Below are positions 51,881-61,357 of a DNA stretch of 64,000 nucleotides, piece by piece. Position 1 is the first letter of the stretch. Each line of letters opens with the position of its first letter. This DNA is from an uncultured Alphaproteobacteria bacterium (lineage in GTDB: Bacteria; Pseudomonadota; Alphaproteobacteria; Puniceispirillales; Puniceispirillaceae), in contig CALLKZ010000019.1 in NCBI GenBank assembly GCA_938082345.1, positions 1,538 to 65,537 of the forward strand, in the 5' to 3' direction. The position numbers were made by a program, and so were the translations under genes. Below the pieces are notes generated by a model. That model was given only the letters and a program-made list of their open reading frames with translations. It ran no database searches and was not told the DNA's origin.

Positions 51881-51993
51881 TCTCTTTACAAACCTATTCT
51901 TTATCGGGTGATAACGGTTTTTTAAATGATCTGTCTGCATAAGTCATAATGTAGCGTGATTTGCGCTGCAGCATTATTGACGGACATCACATC

Positions 51994-52494
51994 ATGCAGT
52001 TGCTGTGCCCCCATTGCCGGACGTCGGTTCAAATCCCGGATGTCTTTTCACGGTTTTTTGATATCCCGGTGGTGTGTTATCTTTGTGGGCGGGCGTTTGC
52101 CGTTCCCCCTCAGAACCCCGATTACGACAATATTACCAGCAATATTACCGGCAATATTACCGCCAACCCCCCTAATCACCTGTTTGAACGGTTGGTTTCA
52201 GCCCATCACCACAATCACATCATCACCTGCACAGCCTGCAAAAGCAAAATCGGGCTTGCCGGAACCAAATCTCACGCATCTCCACCCACCAATATTATAA
52301 CTGAAGATATCGAAGTTAGATGTCCGGTATGTGGTGAAGATTTCGTCCATAATTCACAGCAATCTTGGTCGGAGAGCCACGGCTTTTTGTGGACAGTGGT
52401 TGCGGGGCTGGCACTTGCAGCAATTGTCTTGATGCTGAATTACTTCGGCTTCATCTCGCTGCGCAATGCGGCAATACTGCTATCATTTAGCTAA
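51994..52494 (+). CDS. Hypothetical double zinc-ribbon (MJ0042/zinc_ribbon_4-5-like) protein with C-terminal TM anchor
   Basis: CPHC..CYLC and CTAC..CPVC pairs; hydrophobic FLWTVVAGLALAAIVLMLNYFGF; start taken at ATG 51994 (MQLLCPHC); 12-bp repeat x3 at 52128-52163 (NITS/NITG/NITA). Confidence 0.8.
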   Translation: MQLLCPHCRTSVQIPDVFSRFFDIPVVCYLCGRAFAVPPQNPDYDNITSNITGNITANPPNHLFERLVSAHHHNHIITCTACKSKIGLAGTKSHASPPTNIITEDIEVRCPVCGEDFVHNSQQSWSESHGFLWTVVAGLALAAIVLMLNYFGFISLRNAAILLSFS

Positions 52495-52497
52495 AAT

Positions 52498-53568
52498 TTA
52501 GCTGAGAACCGCAGCAATGGCCTTGCTGGTATAATCAACCATCGGGATAATTCGCGCATAATTCATATGCCGCGGCCCCAAAACACCAATCGCGCCGATA
52601 ACCGTCTGGTTGGCGTTGTGATAAGGCGCGATGACCAACGAGCAGCCGGTATTCACGAACAGATTATTCTCCGCACCAATGAAAATCTTCACGCCATCAC
52701 CATTACCCGTCGCCGATAATAGCCGCAAAGCATTTTCGCGCGCCTCAAGCTCATCAAAAAGTTGGCGAATAGTGCTAAGATCTTCGCCCGTATCAAGCGA
52801 GTCAAACATTGTAGCATCCAGCAAATTGGACTGGCCGCGCATCACCAGAACAGTTTCTTCCGAGGCATTTCCCTCAGACCACAACCCAACGCCCTGTTCC
52901 ACCAGACGCCGTGACATTTCATCAAGCTCGGCACGTTGCGCCGCTATTTCCGAGCGAATCAACCCGGTGGCAGCGGTCAGATCGCGCCCCGAAAGCCGGG
53001 CATTCATATAGTTGCTGGCGCGGATCAGCGCTGATTGCGGCACCCCTGCCGGAAGATCAATCAGGCGGTTTTCAACCTTGCCATCCATCCGCACCAAAAC
53101 CGCCAACGCACGTTTTTCACCCAACGGAACAAATTCAAAATGCTGAAGTTCGGCATTGCTGGCAGGCGACAGAACAAGACTGGCACATTGCGAAAGCCCG
53201 GACAGTGTACGACTGGTTTTTTCCAGCAATTCATCAACCGAAATGCCCCGCGTGGCGCATTCACCGTCAATCGACATCCGATCTTCTTTGGTCAGATCAT
53301 TGGTGAATTCCATTAATCCATCAACAAACATCCGCAAACCGGTCTCGGTCGGAACGCGCCCCGCCGAGATATGCGGCGAGAAGAGCAACCCCGCCTGTTC
53401 CAAATCACTCATGTTACTGCGAACTGATGCCGGCGAGAGATCATGTTTCAAATGTCTCGCCAGTGTTTTTGACCCGATGGGCTGGCCAGTTTCAAGATAC
53501 GCACCGACTAGCGCGTTGAAAATCTCAAGAGCGCGAGGTTTCAATCCGAGAAGGGTGGCGTCATTCAT
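52498..53568 (-). CDS. hrcA: Heat-inducible transcription repressor HrcA
   Basis: YLETGQPIGSKTL, SPASVRSNMSDLE..GLL..PHISAGRVPT..GLRMFVD, GVLGPRHMNY. Confidence 0.96.
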   Translation of the reverse strand: MNDATLLGLKPRALEIFNALVGAYLETGQPIGSKTLARHLKHDLSPASVRSNMSDLEQAGLLFSPHISAGRVPTETGLRMFVDGLMEFTNDLTKEDRMSIDGECATRGISVDELLEKTSRTLSGLSQCASLVLSPASNAELQHFEFVPLGEKRALAVLVRMDGKVENRLIDLPAGVPQSALIRASNYMNARLSGRDLTAATGLIRSEIAAQRAELDEMSRRLVEQGVGLWSEGNASEETVLVMRGQSNLLDATMFDSLDTGEDLSTIRQLFDELEARENALRLLSATGNGDGVKIFIGAENNLFVNTGCSLVIAPYHNANQTVIGAIGVLGPRHMNYARIIPMVDYTSKAIAAVLS

Positions 53569-53576
53569 CAAACCAG

Positions 53577-53605
53577 CTTAGGGTAATCTCAAACTCGTGG
53601 TCAAT
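53577..53605 (-). promoter_or_regulatory. Weak RpoH-type promoter candidate for hrcA
   Basis: ATTG-N18-CCCTAAG just upstream of the ATG; imperfect match. Confidence 0.3.
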
Positions 53606-53650
53606 GTCACAGTCCCTTTATTGTCTAATAAATTTTCAAAAGAGGTTTCG

Positions 53651-54376
53651 ATGCAACGTCCATCAGGCAGAGATGCCAGCCACCTTCGCGCTATTTCTAT
53701 TGAGCCCGACATATCGCTGCATGCCGAAGGGTCCTGTATGGCGAAATTTGGCAACACCCATGTGTTATGCACCGCATCGGTTGAAAATCGCGTTCCCAAT
53801 TTTTTGCGCAACACCGGCAAGGGCTGGGTGACCGCTGAATACGGAATGCTGCCCCGGTCAACTCACTCTCGAAGCGACCGTGAAGCGGCGCGCGGAAAAC
53901 AGGGGGGCCGCACGCTGGAAATTCAACGCTTAATCGGTCGGGCGCTGCGTTCAGTTACCGATCTTAGCGCGCTTGGTGAACATCAAATTAAACTGGATTG
54001 CGATGTTATTCAGGCTGATGGTGGTACGCGTACAGCGGCAATCACCGGGGCTTGGGTTGCGCTGCGGATTGCCTGCGAGAAGTTGCTTTTGGCCGGGGCA
54101 ATCACGCGCCAGCCAATGACCGATCAGGTTGCCGCAATTTCATGCGGAGTTTGGCAGGGAATGCCGGTTACTGATCTGGATTATGCCGAAGATAGCACCG
54201 CCGAGATTGACGCCAATTTCGTGCTAAGCGCCAGTACCGGACTGGTGGAAATTCAGGCCACCGGCGAAGAGCGCCCCTTTTCCCGCGCCGAACTTGATTC
54301 CATGCTGGATCTCGCAACATCCAGCTGCTCACAGCTTTTCGAATTGCAGATGAGCGCCGTACGCGCTGCAAGCTGA
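53651..54376 (+). CDS. rph: Ribonuclease PH
   Basis: [50 protein letters not shown]. Confidence 0.97.
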   Translation: MQRPSGRDASHLRAISIEPDISLHAEGSCMAKFGNTHVLCTASVENRVPNFLRNTGKGWVTAEYGMLPRSTHSRSDREAARGKQGGRTLEIQRLIGRALRSVTDLSALGEHQIKLDCDVIQADGGTRTAAITGAWVALRIACEKLLLAGAITRQPMTDQVAAISCGVWQGMPVTDLDYAEDSTAEIDANFVLSASTGLVEIQATGEERPFSRAELDSMLDLATSSCSQLFELQMSAVRAAS

Positions 54377-54405
54377 CCGGCTCAGGCTCCAAGATTTGCC
54401 CCATC

Positions 54406-54438
54406 GGAAAGGCCAAGTGGGAAAGGCCAAGTGGGAAA
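54406..54438. repeat. 14-bp perfect tandem repeat x2.4 between rph and rdgB
   Basis: ggaaaggccaagtg x2 + ggaaa. Confidence 0.85.
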
Positions 54439-54458
54439 TAACCGCATAGGACGAGAAC

Positions 54459-55100
54459 ATGACAAATCGGATTTTTGATCAGGATGAGCTTGTTCTGGCA
54501 TCGCATAATGATGGCAAGCTTGTTGAAATTGCAGCGTTGTTTGACTCCCGTCCCTTTAAGATTTCTTCGGCCAAGGAATATGATCTGCCTGAACCCGAAG
54601 AAACCGAGGCTACATTTACCGGTAATGCCCTTTTAAAGGCAAAGGCGACAACGCTTGCCACCGGCAAAGTTGCGCTTGCCGATGATTCAGGTCTTGTCGT
54701 TCCGGCGATTAATGGTGATCCGGGAATTTATTCGGCAAGATGGGCCGGCCCCAATAAAGATTTTGGCATGGCGATGGAAAGGGTTAATTCGTCAATCGCC
54801 AACTTAAAAAACACCCGAACTACCAATGTTCCTGAAGGGTCCGGCGATAAGGATCGATCTGCCCATTTTATCTGCGTGCTGGCTATGTGCTGGCCAGATG
54901 GGCATGAGGAAGTGTTCGAAGGCCGGGTTGATGGCACGCTGGTTTGGCCGCCGCGTGGCAAAAATGGTTTTGGCTATGATCCAATGTTTGTGGCCACCGG
55001 ATATGATGTAACTTTTGGCGAGATGGATTCTGAAGAAAAGTTGGCCATTGGACACCGCGCCGATGCCTTTTCCAAACTTGTTGCGGCCATCCTGCCATGA
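54459..55100 (+). CDS. rdgB: dITP/XTP pyrophosphatase (HAM1 family)
   Basis: [41 protein letters not shown]. Confidence 0.95.
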   Translation: MTNRIFDQDELVLASHNDGKLVEIAALFDSRPFKISSAKEYDLPEPEETEATFTGNALLKAKATTLATGKVALADDSGLVVPAINGDPGIYSARWAGPNKDFGMAMERVNSSIANLKNTRTTNVPEGSGDKDRSAHFICVLAMCWPDGHEEVFEGRVDGTLVWPPRGKNGFGYDPMFVATGYDVTFGEMDSEEKLAIGHRADAFSKLVAAILP

Positions 55101-56356
55101 TTGAAGCTACTACGCCAGCATCAGGAAATGCGGTGTTGGGCCCCCATAATAGATTGGGACCCAATGCTAGATTAGCGCCCAATGCTAGATTAGGACTCTA
55201 CGTTCATTGGCCTTTTTGCCGCGCGAAATGCCCCTATTGTGATTTTAATTCGCATGTATCCCGCGACGTTGATAACGCCGCTTTTGCCCGCGCTTTTCGA
55301 CGCGAAATGCAACATCTGGCTGATTTATATTCTGCTGGAAGAGAGGTAAGCAGTATCTTTTTTGGCGGCGGCACGCCCAGCTTGATGCCGCCTTGGCTGC
55401 TCGATGGAATTTTGCAGGATGCAGAAGATATTTTCGGTTTTAGCGATGGTATAGAGATTACCGCCGAGGCCAATCCAACATCAACCGAGGCTGAGAACCT
55501 AAGCGCGTTCAAATCGGCAGGTGTAAACCGGGTTTCGCTTGGGGTTCAGTCGATGAGTGACGCTGATCTGAGTTTTTTGGGGCGCGAACATTCCGTTCGT
55601 GAGGCTTTGCAGGCGGTGGAGGTTGCGCGGCAGCTTTTTGACCGCGTTTCCATAGATTTAATTTATGCGTTGCACGGCCAAACGGCACAGCGCTGGGAGA
55701 AGGAACTGACATCCGCGCTGCAGCTGGGGCTGGATCATATGTCACTTTACCAACTGACGATTGAAAGTGGCACCGCGTTTTTTGCGCGCAACAATGCAGG
55801 GGAAATTCTGACTGTCGATGATGATCTCGCCGCCGATCTCTATCTGTTGACGGACGATATAATGACGGCGGCGAAGATGCCAGCCTATGAAGTGTCAAAC
55901 TATGCGCGCCCCGGCAGCGAATGCCAGCATAATTTGATTTACTGGCGGGCCGAGGACTGGATTGGCATCGGCCCCGGAGCGCATAGTCGTATCACCAAAA
56001 CCGGTGCGCGTGGCAGGGAGCGTCACGGCCTTGCGACACGCCGCAATCCGTCCAGCTGGCTTGCAGATATTGAAAAAAATGGCCACGGAATCGATATCAC
56101 CACACAAGACACGCTGGCCGACTGCGTTGCCGAGCGGTTGATGATGGGATTGCGCCTGTCAGAAGGCATTGATCTTGGCGTTTTTGAAAGCCAGTTTGGC
56201 GCGCTGAACCGCCATATTGATCCAGCATCCATTCAGAATTTTTGCCAAATGGGGCTGTTAACACAAACGCCTGACCGACTGGCCGCAACCAGAGACGGAC
56301 GGTTGGTGCTGAACCGGATTCTGGCTGATTTGCTTACTGATACAGCCTCAAAATAA
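55097..56356 (+). CDS. hemW: Radical SAM heme chaperone HemW (HemN-like)
   Basis: [44 protein letters not shown]; N-terminal 18-bp repeat at 55142-55195. Confidence 0.92.
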   Translation: MIEATTPASGNAVLGPHNRLGPNARLAPNARLGLYVHWPFCRAKCPYCDFNSHVSRDVDNAAFARAFRREMQHLADLYSAGREVSSIFFGGGTPSLMPPWLLDGILQDAEDIFGFSDGIEITAEANPTSTEAENLSAFKSAGVNRVSLGVQSMSDADLSFLGREHSVREALQAVEVARQLFDRVSIDLIYALHGQTAQRWEKELTSALQLGLDHMSLYQLTIESGTAFFARNNAGEILTVDDDLAADLYLLTDDIMTAAKMPAYEVSNYARPGSECQHNLIYWRAEDWIGIGPGAHSRITKTGARGRERHGLATRRNPSSWLADIEKNGHGIDITTQDTLADCVAERLMMGLRLSEGIDLGVFESQFGALNRHIDPASIQNFCQMGLLTQTPDRLAATRDGRLVLNRILADLLTDTASK

Positions 56357-56360
56357 CTTG

Positions 56361-58214
56361 TCATATCTTATCGGGGGCTGGTTGGACTAATGTCGATATG
56401 CCGCCACTGATCTGCCGCAGCTCAAAACTGCGTTGGTTGCCGCCATTTGGCAGCAGCCGATAGGCCCCGCTAAAACCGCTAAACCCTGTTTCAGAAACCA
56501 GCGCTTTTCGCCATTCGGTATTTTGACTTTTCGCCAGCACCGACATCATCGCCATCGCATCAAAGCTAAGCCTAGCCAGTGCACCAGGCCGGTTTTCCCA
56601 GACCTCCGACCACAGCGCATTGAATTTTTCATCCTGAGCGGTTGGCCGCGAGGTAAACAGCCCACCCTGAAGCGACGGTTCGCTTAAAATGCGACTCTGA
56701 TTCCACTGTGCATTGCCAAGATAAAGAACGCGCTCTGAATCAGCATCGTAATAAGCCAAAACAGGGGCGGTACGAAGAGCAAAATCAGCACTGCCAGCAA
56801 ATAGCACAGCATCAAAGCGCGGCGGCGGTAAGTCTGTAACCGCTATAGGACCTTCATCTTCGGCCGGTGGTTCATAACCAGTAAAGGTGCGAATGGCCGA
56901 TTTCAACTGATCCTCATCAGCAAGCTGATCGGCATTCAAGGTCATCATATCTTCGGGGCGAAGACCGAACTGGCCAAGCCTTTTGGCAGCATGACGCGCC
57001 AGACGCTGACCAAAGGAAGAATTCTCAGCAATAATTCCAATTTTGCCGCGCCCCGCAGTCAACGCATGACCAAGAAGAAGATCAACCTGCTGCTCTGGCA
57101 TATACCCGAATAGCCAACTACCACTAGCCGCAATCTCAGCATTATTAGATAGGGCCAGCATGGGAAGACCAGCATTTCTGGTGACAACACGCGCCGGAAT
57201 AACGGCATCGGAGAACAGCGGCCCAACAATAATGTCAGCTTGCGAGTCAATCGCTTGGCGGGCAGCCATCTCAGCGTTTGGGCCTGATTCGGTATCAAAC
57301 ACCATAAGTTCAATTTGCGGATCACGAAGAGAGAATAGCGCAAGCTCGGCGCCGCGAAGAAGTTCATTCCCAAGGTTGATATTAGCCCCGCTTTGAGGGA
57401 TCAAAAGAGCAATGCGCGTAATTCCCTGACCCTTTGCAGGAAGTTTGAATGCTTTGGGAATGGGGGGGGATTGTTTTGCTGCCAGCATTGAAAAAGCCGC
57501 CTCCAGCGCTTCAGCAGCAAGAGATTCGTCCGGCCCAACCGGAATTTTAGGCTCAATAACCGGCGTTTTATTTTTTTGCGCAGTTTCTATGTTCCAGATA
57601 ATGCTGCCAACGACATCTTTTTCAACCGGCGCATCTTCTTTCAAATTATTGGCAATTTTCCCTTCTTCGCTCTGGTCCAGGTTGGATTGGCTCCGGGTGA
57701 TCTGGTCCTGTGTAGCTTGATCATCAGCAATTCGGTCATCAGAACTTGGCACCGCCCGATCAATCACCCCGGCAATCGACGGGTTCAGGCGGGCGATCTT
57801 CAGCTCTTTGGAAGGTTGCGTTAATACAGGATCTGGCTCTGCTTCACTATTTGGGCCAGTTTGGGTTGGTGGCACAGCACTTTCAGTATTGGGACCTTCA
57901 GTAGTGCGACCTGCAGCATTGGTAATTATGCCCGTTTCGGTAATTTCTTCAGTTGACGTCGGGGCCTTGTTCTGTGGAAGCGACGCCTGATCTACCGCCA
58001 CACCGCAAGCCGAAAGAACCCCCGCACACAGCAAAGTAACCAGAAAGCTGGCATTTTTACTGTTACGATAATTCTGACTTTTCGCCCGATTCTTCAATCC
58101 TTTCCAGTTTTTCAAACCAGATAGGTGCCCGACAAACTTTTTCCGCCCCAAAACAATCCTCATAAGAAACCTCCCACGGACATGTATAATGACCTGTTTT
58201 TGCGCATAAGTCAT
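56361..58214 (-). CDS. Penicillin-binding protein activator, LpoA/LppC-like lipoprotein (start uncertain)
   Basis: Lipobox VLSA-C; periplasmic-binding-protein-like domain (IALLIPQSG..G, IIVGPLFS, LALSN, ARLSFDA); divergent from rsmI. Confidence 0.8.
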   Translation of the reverse strand: MTYAQKQVIIHVRGRFLMRIVLGRKKFVGHLSGLKNWKGLKNRAKSQNYRNSKNASFLVTLLCAGVLSACGVAVDQASLPQNKAPTSTEEITETGIITNAAGRTTEGPNTESAVPPTQTGPNSEAEPDPVLTQPSKELKIARLNPSIAGVIDRAVPSSDDRIADDQATQDQITRSQSNLDQSEEGKIANNLKEDAPVEKDVVGSIIWNIETAQKNKTPVIEPKIPVGPDESLAAEALEAAFSMLAAKQSPPIPKAFKLPAKGQGITRIALLIPQSGANINLGNELLRGAELALFSLRDPQIELMVFDTESGPNAEMAARQAIDSQADIIVGPLFSDAVIPARVVTRNAGLPMLALSNNAEIAASGSWLFGYMPEQQVDLLLGHALTAGRGKIGIIAENSSFGQRLARHAAKRLGQFGLRPEDMMTLNADQLADEDQLKSAIRTFTGYEPPAEDEGPIAVTDLPPPRFDAVLFAGSADFALRTAPVLAYYDADSERVLYLGNAQWNQSRILSEPSLQGGLFTSRPTAQDEKFNALWSEVWENRPGALARLSFDAMAMMSVLAKSQNTEWRKALVSETGFSGFSGAYRLLPNGGNQRSFELRQISGGISTLVQPAPDKI

Positions 58215-58245
58215 TATTCAGCTATATCTGTGCCTAATCAGAAAA

Positions 58246-59118
58246 TTGAGCAAGATAGATCACATGAAACCGAAAGCGAATGGGACGCTTACCATTGTGG
58301 CAACGCCGATCGGCAATCTTGGTGATTTTACCCCACGCGCCTCAGAAACTCTGTCCAATGTCGATATTATCGCCTGCGAGGATACGCGCGTGACACGCAA
58401 GCTCTTGCGCCTGACCGGAACCAATACAAGCGCAAAACTAGTGCCATATCATGACCATAATGGGGCAGGTATGCGACCATGGCTTATCGAAAAAATGGAA
58501 ACCGGGGCGAATGTCGCCCTTGTCAGCGATGCCGGAACGCCGCTGATTTCAGATCCCGGATATAAGCTGGTTGCCGCCTGCCGTGATCAGAATATAGGTG
58601 TATTCAGCACCCCTGGTGCCAGCGCTGTCATCACCGCGCTGGCGGTGTCCGGCCTGCCAACCGACAGGTTTCTGTTTGCCGGATTCGTGCCGTCTGGAGC
58701 TAGTGCGCGGCAAGATATTTTTAAAGAGTTCGCCCAGATTTCCGCGACAACTATCTGGTTTGATGCGCCAAGCAGACTGGCCGTGACTCTGGGTGAAATG
58801 GCGGAAATTATGGGTCCGCGCATCGCCGTGATTGCCCGCGAGCTAACCAAGCTTCATGAAGAAATAATCCGCGGTGATCTTGCCGATCTGGCCACGCGTA
58901 TAAAAACCGGGCCTACGCTGAAAGGTGAAATTGTGCTGGTTGTGGCGGGTGACGATGGCACAAAATCCCGCCTCGATGATGAAGCGCTGGTAGCGATGAT
59001 CAGCGCTGAGCTGGAAGGTCAATCTGTTCGTGATGCCGTCGCTTCGGTCGTTGAAACCACAGGAATTGCCAAAAACCGCGTCTATAAGCTAGCACTATCC
59101 CTTGTCGATAAATCCTAA
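58246..59118 (+). CDS. rsmI: 16S rRNA (cytidine1402-2'-O)-methyltransferase
   Basis: VATPIGNLGD, ACEDTRVT, LVSDAGTPLISDPG, ARELTKLHEE, KGEIV. Confidence 0.96.
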   Translation: MSKIDHMKPKANGTLTIVATPIGNLGDFTPRASETLSNVDIIACEDTRVTRKLLRLTGTNTSAKLVPYHDHNGAGMRPWLIEKMETGANVALVSDAGTPLISDPGYKLVAACRDQNIGVFSTPGASAVITALAVSGLPTDRFLFAGFVPSGASARQDIFKEFAQISATTIWFDAPSRLAVTLGEMAEIMGPRIAVIARELTKLHEEIIRGDLADLATRIKTGPTLKGEIVLVVAGDDGTKSRLDDEALVAMISAELEGQSVRDAVASVVETTGIAKNRVYKLALSLVDKS

Positions 59119-59146
59119 CGGGCCCTTGTCGATAAATCCTAACGGG
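59099..59146. repeat. Perfect 24-bp tandem duplication spanning the rsmI stop codon
   Basis: cccttgtcgataaatcctaacggg x2. Confidence 0.95.
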
Positions 59147-59189
59147 ACCATAAACGTTTCTTGATATTTAAGATTCGGCAAAAAGGGAA

Positions 59190-59611
59190 ATGGCATCATC
59201 AAAACCACGAAACCTAGCCGCCGCCGCGCTGAAAGACTTGGCCGTCTTGCCGAGATTTTCGTGATGATATGGATGCTGTGTACAGGCCACACTATTCTGG
59301 CGCGCCGTTGGAAAAGCCGGGTTGGCGAGATTGATCTGATCGTCCGGCGCGGCATGATGTTGATGTTTATCGAAGTGAAATTCCGGTCATCACCGCATCA
59401 TGCCTTGGTTAGGATAACCGATCATCTGGTTGTTCCGGGGCTGCGTCAGCGCCAACGGATCATGCGTGCCGCACAGGCATTTGCCATCCAGCAACGCACT
59501 TCGGACGAATTTGACTGGCGCTTTGATATCGTTCAGATGCAATGGCCAAGCTGGAAAAACTGGAAATTTCTGCATCACACCCCCAATGCGTGGACCGCCG
59601 ATGGACTATAA
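59190..59611 (+). CDS. yraN: YraN (UPF0102) family protein; start anomalous, possible frameshift near 59217
   Basis: RRRAERLGRLAEIFVMIWMLCTGHTILARRWKSRVGEIDLIV...FIEVK...RFDIV. Homology extends upstream of GTG 59261 with no in-frame ATG/GTG/TTG, and ATG 59190 is in another frame. Confidence 0.75.
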
Positions 59612-59695
59612 ACTTCACTGCTTTCTCTTGACCATAGAATCACCAAGCGGCACATTGACCAAGATACTAATCATGCAACCCAAGGAGGCGCTCGA

Positions 59696-60343
59696 ATGTC
59701 ATCCTATTCAACTCAGATGACCCAGAACAGCCGGCAAGCTGGTCGGCAGATCAGAATGTCAGTTTTCTTGCCCTTTATTGCCATCGCTATCATGTGCAGC
59801 CTGCTATCAGGGTGTGTTGGCGCCGTAGTTGGCGTGGGAACCGCCGCAGTGGCTGCGTCAAACACCGAAAAGGGGCTGTCAACTTCGGTTGCTGACAGCG
59901 TGATTTTTGCCAAGTTGCATGACAAATTCGTGCAAAATGACGCTAGTCTTTCCACCACAGTTGATGTGACCGTCAATGATGGGTCGGTATTGCTGACAGG
60001 AAAAGTCAAAACACCGGAAGAAAAAATTCTGGCAACAAAGCTTTCTTGGGAGATTCGCGGCGTCCGTGAGGTGATTAACGAGATACAGGTAACCGACAAA
60101 TCATCAATCAAGGAGATCGCCAAGGATATGGCGGCCGGCGCACAGCTTCGTGGCAAGCTCATTGCTGACGGCGATGTGTCTTCGTTGAATTTCAGCATTG
60201 ATGTGGTGAATGGTATCGTATACCTGTCCGGTGTCGCATCTGATGCTGAAGAAATGAACCGGGTAGTGCGCCATGCACGCGACCTTAAGTTTGCCAAGCA
60301 GGTGGTGAATTATATCACCCTGCAAACCGACCAGCGCGACTAG
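59696..60343 (+). CDS. Dual BON-domain lipoprotein (DolP/YraP-like)
   Basis: SD AAGGAGG; lipobox LLSG-C; two BON repeats (VTVNDGSVLLTG, IDVVNGIVYLSG). Confidence 0.88.
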   Translation: MSSYSTQMTQNSRQAGRQIRMSVFLPFIAIAIMCSLLSGCVGAVVGVGTAAVAASNTEKGLSTSVADSVIFAKLHDKFVQNDASLSTTVDVTVNDGSVLLTGKVKTPEEKILATKLSWEIRGVREVINEIQVTDKSSIKEIAKDMAAGAQLRGKLIADGDVSSLNFSIDVVNGIVYLSGVASDAEEMNRVVRHARDLKFAKQVVNYITLQTDQRD

Positions 60344-60382
60344 GCCCGTTCGGGTTAATTTGATAAAATTAGGTCTGAAAAT

Positions 60383-61357
60383 ATGAAATCGGCACTTCGT
60401 GTGGCTATCCAGATGGATCCCGTCGAAACGATAGATATCGGTGGGGATACGTCTTTTGCCTTTGGGTTAGAGGCGCAAAAACGTGGCCACAGCCTTTGGT
60501 ATTACACGCCCGACAGACTGTCATTGAACGAAAATAGGATTGAGGCGATAGGCCAATCACTGACGCTTCGGGATGAAGGCGGCAATCATGCCAGCACAGG
60601 TGCTCTTGAGACGCGCACGCTAACCCATTTTGACGTCATTCTAATGCGTCAGGACCCGCCTTTTGATATGAGCTATATCACCGCGACGCATCTTCTTGAG
60701 ATGCTGCCATCCTCCACAATGGTAGTGAATAATCCGGCTGAAGTTCGCAACGCGCCGGAAAAGCTGCTGGTCACGCTGTTCAGCGACCTGATGCCACCGA
60801 CGCTAATCAGCCGTGATGTTGATACTATTCGCGCCTTTCGCCAAAAACATAAGGATATTATCGTCAAGCCGCTGTTTGGCAATGGCGGGGCTGGTGTTTT
60901 CCGCCTTCAACCCGATGATCAAAATCTGAACTCGCTTCTTGAGATGTTTTTTGCCAGCAACCGCGAGCCGGTCATGGTGCAAGCCTATTTGCCTGCAGTA
61001 AGGCAAGGGGACAAGCGGATTATCCTAGTTGATGGTGAAGCTGTTGGAGCTGTTAACCGCATTCCAAGTGAGGGCGAGGCCCGGTCAAACATGCATGTAG
61101 GCGGAAAAGCCGTTGCCAGTAATCTGACACCGCGCGATCAGGAAATTTGTGACCGCATAGGGCCGGAACTTCGACGGCGCGGACTGTTATTTGTCGGAAT
61201 TGACGTGATTGGCGACTATATGACCGAGATCAACGTCACCTCACCAACGGGTATCCGCGAAATTCAGCGACTTTCCGGAATTGATATCGCCGCGCTGACC
61301 TGGGATGCCATTGAACGGGCACTTCCAAATCATGCCAGCAATGGCATCGAGCGATAG
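60383..61357 (+). CDS. gshB: Glutathione synthetase
   Basis: [44 protein letters not shown]. Confidence 0.97.
   Translation: MKSALRVAIQMDPVETIDIGGDTSFAFGLEAQKRGHSLWYYTPDRLSLNENRIEAIGQSLTLRDEGGNHASTGALETRTLTHFDVILMRQDPPFDMSYITATHLLEMLPSSTMVVNNPAEVRNAPEKLLVTLFSDLMPPTLISRDVDTIRAFRQKHKDIIVKPLFGNGGAGVFRLQPDDQNLNSLLEMFFASNREPVMVQAYLPAVRQGDKRIILVDGEAVGAVNRIPSEGEARSNMHVGGKAVASNLTPRDQEICDRIGPELRRRGLLFVGIDVIGDYMTEINVTSPTGIREIQRLSGIDIAALTWDAIERALPNHASNGIER

Noticed and set aside
50921-52494. Insert considered as a mobile element or toxin-antitoxin pair
   Set aside because: No transposase or integrase, terminal repeats or target-site duplication are visible, and neither protein has toxin or antitoxin motifs.
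52760-52780. AGTGCTAA half-site in hrcA and CTAGCACT near 59089 as possible CIRCE
   Set aside because: Only half-sites are present, both inside coding sequence, with no matching arm at 9-bp spacing.
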